A stretch of 64,000 nucleotides of DNA from an uncultured archaeon. GTDB taxonomy: Archaea > Iainarchaeota > Iainarchaeia > Iainarchaeales > GCA-2688035. Below the pieces are notes generated by a model, which saw nothing but the letters and a program-made list of their open reading frames with translations, was not told the DNA's origin and did no database searches. The stretch is from NCBI GenBank assembly GCA_964640195.1, contig CAZXIC010000001.1, positions 83,363-147,362 on the forward strand. Reading direction: 5' to 3'. Of the stretch, positions 9,001 through 15,151 are shown in pieces; position 1 is the stretch's first letter; each line of letters starts with the position of its first letter. The translations under genes were made by a program, and so were the position numbers.

Positions 9001-10748
9001 CCCCTCTGTTTCATAAAGCTGATGGGATACCCTTCTGCGCCATCTACCGCAGAGGTTATGTCCAAGGGGTCTGCTGCACCCTCAATCTGCAAGTCCAGTT
9101 TTAGGGCAGTCAAGCCCCCCGCACAGTAAAGGTTTCCCTCGTTGTACTGGGTGCCTGAAACACCGACATTCGCAAGGTTGCTGTCGCCAATTGCATCCAA
9201 GCCAGAAAAGCCGCCTGTCATGCCGATGTTTGCGAAATTGCTGTCGCCGGCTGCTGTTACTCCGCCGTCTGCGAATGTTATGCCGCTGATGCCGATTTTG
9301 TTTACGTTTATGTCTCCTACTACGTTCAAGTCTCCGTAGATTGTTGCATTGCCCATGACGTTGAGGTCGTTTGCTATGTTTACGTCCGGTCCTAGTGCAA
9401 CTGATTTTGGGTTTGTGTTGAATATTTTGTAGCCGATTGCCGTTGCGTATTTTGCGTTTGCGTTGGTATCATAGCCCAAGGAAATTGAGCCTGTTCCGAA
9501 TGATTTTGCGCCATAGCCCATTGAAACACTGCCTGCTCCGCCAGAAAGCAGGTCGTGATCGTTGACAGCATATCCCATTGCTATGCTTCCATAGCGGCTT
9601 GCTGTCATTGTGGCAGTGCTCCCGCTGTTGGCTCCCATTGCTATGCTTCCGCTTCCGCTTGCTGTCATTGTGCCAATGTTGTTGTATCCTATTGCTGCGC
9701 TTCCGTTTCCGCTTGATGTCATTGTGCCAGCAATGTTGTATCCCATTGCTGTGCTTCCTTGCCCGCTTGATGTCATTGTGGCACTGGTCCCACCGGTATT
9801 GTTGTATCCTATTGCTGTGCTTCCTATTCCACTTGCTGTCATTGTTGTGCCAGTATTATATCCCATTGCTGTGCTTCCTTGCCCGCTTGCTGTTGTGCTT
9901 GAGCCCATTGCTGTGCTGTATTGTCCGCTTGCTGTTGTATTGTAGTCAAGTGCTGTGCTGTATGCTCCGAATGCCGTTGTTCCTTTTCCTAAAGCGACTG
10001 CGTTTGTTCCGTAAGCCGAGTTTGCATCCAGGCTTTTGAATTTTTGCCCTTCTATCAGCATTCCATTCACATCGCCCGTTGTATTGATATCCCCCTCAGC
10101 GTATATGCCACCGTCTGCAAAGCTAACACCTGAGACCTGTATTTTGGCAGCATTGAAGTCCCCTGAAACCGTCAAGTTTGTTAGGTATGCGTCGTCTGCC
10201 TCAATTGAGGTGAAGTTGCTGTCGCCGGCTGCATTCAGCCTCTCCAAATATGTTCCACTGCTTACACCTACATTCACAAAATTGCTATCTCCCAAAAAGC
10301 TTGGCGAAAAAAGGCTTGCATACCAGCTGTTGAAATCAGTGAAGTATTGGAACGCGTTCAAGTCAACTGACATTGCTTTTTTTGCGACAAACGATGAGCT
10401 GATTGAAGTAAGCTTGGTCAGGGGCTGCTGCGCCTCGCCTTCAACCACTATGCCGAGCCACATGTTTCCGTTGAAATCCAGCAGGTTCAGGTATTTCTGC
10501 GTGTTCGCATCCCCCAGAACAGCGTTGAATATGCCATCGCTCACTGCCAACTCCCTTGTTTCACTCCATAAAAGCTGTTTGCCTGATTCATTGCTGTCGT
10601 ATACGATGAACTCAAAGGTATAATTGCCGTTTAACGCGTCGCCGCTTGAATCTGTCAGCCTGCCTTGGACAGTGAACACTTCAGGGATTGCCATTACAAG
10701 AGGTGAAAGCATCAACAAGCTGAGTGCAATCGCAATCAAAACAGGCAT
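6024..10748 (-). CDS. Giant (about 1575 aa) secreted beta-helix/adhesin-like surface protein with Hep_Hag-like (TMTASGxGSTAMGYN) and GDSNFANIGMTGG repeats; the reading frame stays open to 10955 but the signal peptide begins at M(10748)
   Basis: MPVLIAIALSLLMLSPLVMA signal peptide; repetitive Gly/Ser/Thr/Asn-rich modules; tandem DNA repeats. Confidence 0.7.
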   Translation of the reverse strand: MPVLIAIALSLLMLSPLVMAIPEVFTVQGRLTDSSGDALNGNYTFEFIVYDSNESGKQLLWSETRELAVSDGIFNAVLGDANTQKYLNLLDFNGNMWLGIVVEGEAQQPLTKLTSISSSFVAKKAMSVDLNAFQYFTDFNSWYASLFSPSFLGDSNFVNVGVSSGTYLERLNAAGDSNFTSIEADDAYLTNLTVSGDFNAAKIQVSGVSFADGGIYAEGDINTTGDVNGMLIEGQKFKSLDANSAYGTNAVALGKGTTAFGAYSTALDYNTTASGQYSTAMGSSTTASGQGSTAMGYNTGTTMTASGIGSTAIGYNNTGGTSATMTSSGQGSTAMGYNIAGTMTSSGNGSAAIGYNNIGTMTASGSGSIAMGANSGSTATMTASRYGSIAMGYAVNDHDLLSGGAGSVSMGYGAKSFGTGSISLGYDTNANAKYATAIGYKIFNTNPKSVALGPDVNIANDLNVMGNATIYGDLNVVGDINVNKIGISGITFADGGVTAAGDSNFANIGMTGGFSGLDAIGDSNLANVGVSGTQYNEGNLYCAGGLTALKLDLQIEGAADPLDITSAVDGAEGYPISFMKQRGTLASPEDVIVGDYLGKISWWGWNGDFKEVGWIAGQVGGDFVEAAGKYPFHLEIAGYNEIGGTMVGFHMLPDNNVGIGVEDPSAMLEVFKPDTQLKLSYDASNYATFKAESDGDLTVASNKTGFDADFGDANISTTNTVFSPTIKAASIQPIDANTVSVYNPTSLGAQKITNPNPDSADDWTLGTGWSFGDIGIGTFYHSSGTATLSQASASMVTPIVAGERYTFSVVAGTDYGYESVGMSVSCGGVSLGSTTEDGTFSATFRAVSTADLIIVPVTDAVFRLFNFSLKKVGGNLDVADTVIADDVNAINLYCSADSNFSNLQADDAYLTNLTVTGDFNAGSIQVSGVSFADGGIQATGDSNFANIGMTGGFSGLDAIGDSNFANLEADDAYVGNLTCSADGNIDYLMAEDTNITSLFVSGASRFDTGFDLNPVIYPSSPAIALVEEAGNVDAGKHYYFVTYYTALGETALRSSTPTNVTTDAEHGKVEITLPTSSDYRVEGRKIYRTTADSSYWANVKLVDTVANNTETTYTDNIADASMTGTNYYWQDDSTCKYITVNDTQAALLTNKNTILGYNAGATIAAGTAQSASNVLIGQYAGDALTTGALIVAIGPDALTSNTSGQDNVGIGAYALRQNTSGTGNIGIGRYAGYYNSTSSHNVQVGYYAGFGASGNSHAYDTFVGSLAGQVITTGASNSAFGYKAGNKLTSGSSNIFLGGEAGYNQTTASNLLIIDNQDRDDTAEEATNAILYGVMADAVANQSLAVNADLNAAGAITVGSNLNNNLSAGDINAGTIYSDALTPKSPIFFKTDKPEPICMMADNGTYVGCLPEFDSATGNYDFVCKPRPECDAKIQQLDEKDRLWKQRKEAAQAEEALHTLQQTVEDEELPLPPIPEEQDSAGQQESDAAGQDLDIGQGDVDVTDFWQPDANAADLNQPDQDIAVQPCDIACANDADCDDSNTLTIDICNNDGECKSYCLHLPMVAGQGGGDENR

Positions 10749-11026
10749 TTTGCCATAGCCTAAAATTCCTTGACTTATACATAACAATGCTCTGTTATCC
10801 TTGCCTTTGGAGAGCGCTTTGTTGCGCAAACTGGCTGAGCCCCCCTTCTCTGTTCTTGTGCCTATCACCCTACCGCTTAATTTCTTATTCCACGCAGCGA
10901 GTTTGCCCGGCAGTGTCGCCAGGCTGCACTTATGCTCAGCCATTTGTTTTTTCACCTCCAGCTATTCTTATTTGGAATTGCAGGTTTTGCAACCAAATAA
11001 GCATAATCGGCAGTCTTTCATGCCAG

Positions 11027-11323
11027 TTACTTTGTTCTGGGATTTGCAACATTTTCTTTCCCCCCTAATTCTATTCTAATGCATTTTGCCCTCGGAATAA
11101 TGGTTGACTTCCCATTGCTGTTCTCCAGCAATTTCAGGTTGAATGTGTCAAAATCCAATAATTTGCCCTCCTTGAAACTCACGCTGTTGAGCGTATCGTT
11201 GTAGTAGACTGCAATAATCTTGCCAAGGCTTTCAATAAGCAGCCTGTCTGTGTGGGCATCCTGTACCGCACCATCACCGTAGGACCCTATGCTGATGCCG
11301 CTATTTTGTTCTTGTTTGCGCAT
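11027..11323 (-). CDS. Sm-like (LSm) fold protein, divergent
   Basis: Sm1-like GKLLDFDTFNLKLLE and Sm2-like IPRAKCIRIELG. Confidence 0.5.
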   Translation of the reverse strand: MRKQEQNSGISIGSYGDGAVQDAHTDRLLIESLGKIIAVYYNDTLNSVSFKEGKLLDFDTFNLKLLENSNGKSTIIPRAKCIRIELGGKENVANPRTK

Positions 11324-11558
11324 AGTTCACCTGCCTGCCTATTTCTATCCTGATGCACTTCTCCCTCGGGATAAGGGTTGGCCTTCCACTGCCCTCTTCA
11401 AGCAATTTGAGGTTGCAGCGGTCAAAATCCAGGAATTCGCCTATCTTTAAAGAAACAGAGCTCGCAGTATCATTGTAAAAAACAGAGATTATTTCGCCAA
11501 TGCTGCTGCATAGCAGCTTGTCTTTCCCTTCTTCCACCAACAACCCCCGGCCAAACAA
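11301..11558 (-). CDS. Sm-like (LSm) fold protein, paralog of the downstream gene; overlaps it by 23 nt
   Basis: VSLKIGEFLDFDRCNLKLLEE (Sm1) and IPREKCIRIEIG (Sm2). Confidence 0.5.
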   Translation of the reverse strand: MFGRGLLVEEGKDKLLCSSIGEIISVFYNDTASSVSLKIGEFLDFDRCNLKLLEEGSGRPTLIPREKCIRIEIGRQVNYAQTRTK

Positions 11559-11732
11559 GAAGGTTATAATAAAGAGGCGGTTGTGATATTTAATACTTTC
11601 TAGATGGTGGTTGCCGCTTGGTTCGTCTTGCAGGATAAGCCATGCGCTGTTTTCAGCCTTTTGGCTAGTGCAGGTTTAGAAAAAAGAAAAAAAGAGCTAC
11701 CCTGCTAGGGCAGATAAAATAACCCGCTCTGC

Positions 11733-12590
11733 TTACCTGAGGTATTCAAGCGTGTTGCTCCAGATGCCAGGGGTCATTGCAGGGTCATAGTTGAAGTAAA
11801 TCACTTTTCCAATCAGCAGCCTTTTCTCCACTATCGCTGGGTAGTAGTCTGCAACTGAGACGTGCTTGATGGATGCTATCAGGTTGCCTGTCGGCTTTAT
11901 ATCGAATGTCAGGATGTTAAGCGGGCCATATGCCGGGTCTGTCGGCGCTATCTCAATGCCCTCCATTATTTTGTGGTCATAGTCAATCCTGTGTATTTTG
12001 CCTGGCAAAACAATCGGGACAGTGCAGGAAGGCTGGTTGTGCATGTTCAGGGCACACTCCACAGGCACGATGTCGCCGAAAGAGGCTGTCCATCCGACAA
12101 CGTCTGTTGCAACGCCTGTGCCGTACATGCCGCCGCTCCTGAAAATCCCTGAATCCATTACAATGATGAGCTTTCCGCCTGTCCTGACGTAGTTTTCAAG
12201 CGCTTCTCCAAGAGTCCTTGAAACGCTCCTGTCATAGTTTGTTGCTGCGAGGTGCTGGTCAAGCAGAACCATGTCGTACTGCGCCAGCTGCTCCTGCGGG
12301 GCAAACTCAAGCGCTGAAGCGTGCTTCACCTGGTAGTAGACAAGGTCGCGCTGGTTGTCAAGGTCTGCTATCAGATATGCACTCGGCTCCCCTACTATAA
12401 GCATTTGAATTGGTCCTCCCGGACCCAAAAAGGGAATCTGCCACAAACCGAACTTGTGGCCAAGAAATGCTGCAATTATTATGATTAAAATCAGCGGAAT
12501 CAAGCCTTCAAGGTTTCTTGTAACCGCGCTTCTTCTGCCTGCTGGCATCGGTGCTGGTTCACCGCCCCCTTCTTCCGGATACATCTTCAC
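11733..12590 (-). CDS. Membrane-anchored protein with a GATase1/ThuA/DUF4350-like domain (paralog of 12749..13876)
   Basis: N-terminal TM helix; shared ...YD(M/L)V(L/I)(L/V)D...GG(K/T)L(I/V) pattern. Confidence 0.35.
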   Translation of the reverse strand: MKMYPEEGGGEPAPMPAGRRSAVTRNLEGLIPLILIIIIAAFLGHKFGLWQIPFLGPGGPIQMLIVGEPSAYLIADLDNQRDLVYYQVKHASALEFAPQEQLAQYDMVLLDQHLAATNYDRSVSRTLGEALENYVRTGGKLIIVMDSGIFRSGGMYGTGVATDVVGWTASFGDIVPVECALNMHNQPSCTVPIVLPGKIHRIDYDHKIMEGIEIAPTDPAYGPLNILTFDIKPTGNLIASIKHVSVADYYPAIVEKRLLIGKVIYFNYDPAMTPGIWSNTLEYLR

Positions 12591-12748
12591 ACCTCGCTCC
12601 CATTAATTTTTTCAAATTAACCTGTTAACTTACATTAATATTTCCTGCTTTTCACCTTTTTAATACTTTCTCTTTCAAAAAAAATAACTATTCAATTAAA
12701 AGGCTTTTCTTATTTAAAAACCTTTCCATCAATTGCCAGAAGCAAAAC

Positions 12749-13876
12749 CTATCCCTTCAGTATCCCGTAATACATGTTTTCAATCGGCAGGAAGTAAGGC
12801 GCCTTGCCTTGTTCTGCAAGTTTAGGGTTTGCGTACAGCTCTGGGGGCATCGCGTAATAGACGACCCTTTCACCCAAGCCAGCGGTAACAATTAATGGGA
12901 CACTCCTGTTGATGTCCGGAATTCCAAGTTCCCTGCTCTCCCTTATGGGCTTTCCGCCGAAATTCAAGGAAAGCACTTCGGTTGTTATTCCTCCCCCCAG
13001 TGTTTCCACCAAAGCAAAGTCCTCGCCTGGAAAAACATACAAAGGTAGCGTCCTGGAGATTCCCCTTATGAGGGGGTGAGAGCCGCTTGGCTCTGTTTCA
13101 ATGTTGCCTGCACGATGCGCTCCTTCCCCGCATGCAACGGCTTCGCAGTAGTTCTTGCGGAGGTATTGCACGCCAAGCAGCTGGTCAAAGTTGATCATGT
13201 ATTCTCCATCTCTTCTTGCCCAGGGGCCGATTATACTCCAGCCCATTTTCTCCTTTTCCTCCCTGGCTTCCTCTTCCCTGCGTTTTTTCTCTGCCTCGCT
13301 TATTCCAGCCTCTTCGGCTCCCTTCTCTATGCGCTCTGCATCCTCTTGAGTTATACCCTCCCTTTCCTGCTGGTAGAGATACTCATCTGTTACAAGCTTT
13401 CCGCCAACATAGCTCTGCCCCAGCTCTGTTCCTGCATCCCCTGTCCAAACAAGGGTGCCGCCTGTCGGGCCCGTGGCATAATCAATGAAATCCCTCAATT
13501 CCTTTGTGTTAATCTTCTTCGCCCTGTCCACTATGACCAGGTCGTAGCCGCGCAGGTTTCCAAGTGTAACCCTGTCAATGTGTAGAGTGTCTGCATGAAC
13601 GCCCAACAGTTCAGGGTTTGCAAGCAGTTCCCTGAGACTGCCCTCGCCTTCAATCGGGTTTCCAAGGCCGTAATCGCCGTAGACAATCAATACGCGCGGC
13701 TGCCCGAAGGCATAGGTCTTGGCGTACCAGTACACGTTGCACCATGCGCCGCCGATTACAGGGAACTGGTTGCATTTCATCAATCCTGTGAATGTTATTA
13801 CGAAAAGAAGTGCAAGAATCAGGATGATGAGCACAAGCAGCCTGCTACCACTTTTTATCAGCGCCTGCATGTCCAT
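12749..13876 (-). CDS. Membrane-anchored paralog with an acidic/Lys coiled insert
   Basis: N-terminal TM helix; RVLIVYGDYG...GYDLVIVDRA...GGTLVWTGDAG. Confidence 0.35.
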   Translation of the reverse strand: MDMQALIKSGSRLLVLIILILALLFVITFTGLMKCNQFPVIGGAWCNVYWYAKTYAFGQPRVLIVYGDYGLGNPIEGEGSLRELLANPELLGVHADTLHIDRVTLGNLRGYDLVIVDRAKKINTKELRDFIDYATGPTGGTLVWTGDAGTELGQSYVGGKLVTDEYLYQQEREGITQEDAERIEKGAEEAGISEAEKKRREEEAREEKEKMGWSIIGPWARRDGEYMINFDQLLGVQYLRKNYCEAVACGEGAHRAGNIETEPSGSHPLIRGISRTLPLYVFPGEDFALVETLGGGITTEVLSLNFGGKPIRESRELGIPDINRSVPLIVTAGLGERVVYYAMPPELYANPKLAEQGKAPYFLPIENMYYGILKG

Positions 13877-13978
13877 TGGAACAAAACCTTCCGCAGCGAG
13901 TTTTCTTTAAACCTATATACTTTTTATATCTTAATCCCTATAAAAATCTTTACAGGAGCATCAAAGCGGTGTTTTTAG

Positions 13979-14149
13979 ATGGTTAAACTGTCAAGGGGCC
14001 CTGCAGTGAGGGGCCCAAGCAGCTCACTTGGAATCATGCGGTTTTTTGACGCAGATACCTCAGGACCGAAACTGAGCCCGGAATTCGTTGTGGCTGTTGC
14101 AGTCGCGCTGGTTGCAATAGTGCTGATAATCAAAACATTCCCGATATGA
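13979..14149 (+). CDS. secG: Preprotein translocase subunit Sec61-beta (SecG), 56 aa; absent from the ORF track
   Basis: Manual translation MVKLSRGPAVRGPSSSLGIMRFFDADTSGPKLSPEFVVAVAVALVAIVLIIKTFPI; the conserved (L)xRFFDxD..GPK(I/L)SPE motif plus a C-terminal TM anchor. Confidence 0.6.
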   Translation: MVKLSRGPAVRGPSSSLGIMRFFDADTSGPKLSPEFVVAVAVALVAIVLIIKTFPI

Positions 14150-14198
14150 TGCCCGGTTTGCTCTGATTGTAGAGGTGCAGCAAAAGCATTGGGCAGAT

Positions 14199-15119
14199 TC
14201 AAAGCAAGCCTTTTTCTTTTAACGCTGCACCTATCAGCGGCATTGCGATTGTTGCATCACAGAAAACGCTCACATGCTTGCCTTTTTCCCGCAGCTTCCC
14301 CCAGCTCTTTGCTTCCCTAGGCCTTGCGCCGCTGAGCGAACCGTCAAGCTCTGTTGCTGTTGAAACATACACCGCATAATTCAGGCCGTTTCTGAGGATG
14401 TTCGCGCCTATTACATGGTGCTTGCTGATGCCACCGCCGAGAACAATTGCCCCTGTTTTTTCCGCGGTAAGCACAATCTGCGCCAGCTCACCCATATCGG
14501 CTGTAACATCCAGGCAGAAATCATGGTGCTGCTGCTTGAAGAAGTACAGCTGCAGGCCAATTGCCCCGTCTGTTATGCCGGGGCAGAAGACAGGTATGCT
14601 GTTTCTGGTACACCAGTGCAGGAAGGAATCCCTGCTCTTTGTTTCCTTCCCAATGAATTGAACCAGTTCCATGGGGGAAACGCACTTTTTTTTGCTGTAA
14701 ATTTTAACAAGCCAGCGCTGCATTTTCCCCTCAAAAAGCGCATAGCCCTTGCTTGGCGCAAAAATGTTGCCGATTCTGTTTATGTTCTGTTTATGCAGCC
14801 TTATGTCATCTGCATCAAAGCTGCCAAGCCTGTAGTTGACAAGGGTTTTTATTACGTCGTGGTCAACGCTCCCTGCGGTTGTAACGATTGCATCAACAAA
14901 GTGCTTTCTGCACATTTCAGCAATGATGCCCCTCAGCCCGGAGGCAACCATGTTCGCTGTAAAGGAGAGGAAAAGGGTGCAGTTTTCATTGCGCATCCGC
15001 TCTATCAGCTCAACCGCTGCGCCGAGCTGCGATGCCTGGAGGCCTGCAGAGGAAAACTGCCTCGCAAGGTTTCCGGCTGAGGCCTTTTTCCCTAAGCCAA
15101 AATCTTTTATTGGATCCAA
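14199..15119 (-). CDS. dys: Deoxyhypusine synthase
   Basis: GGGISKHHV, ITDGAIGLQ and an NAD-binding pattern typical of DHS. Confidence 0.9.
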   Translation of the reverse strand: MDPIKDFGLGKKASAGNLARQFSSAGLQASQLGAAVELIERMRNENCTLFLSFTANMVASGLRGIIAEMCRKHFVDAIVTTAGSVDHDVIKTLVNYRLGSFDADDIRLHKQNINRIGNIFAPSKGYALFEGKMQRWLVKIYSKKKCVSPMELVQFIGKETKSRDSFLHWCTRNSIPVFCPGITDGAIGLQLYFFKQQHHDFCLDVTADMGELAQIVLTAEKTGAIVLGGGISKHHVIGANILRNGLNYAVYVSTATELDGSLSGARPREAKSWGKLREKGKHVSVFCDATIAMPLIGAALKEKGLL

Positions 15120-15151
15120 GGCAAACCAACCTTGTTCAAATTTAAAAAATT

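Noticed and set aside
6085-10623. Numerous 60-200-aa ORFs on the plus strand (e.g. 6122-6583, 9578-10039, 10036-10623)
   Set aside because: They lie antisense within the giant surface-protein gene. They are repeat-driven low-complexity translations, not independent genes.
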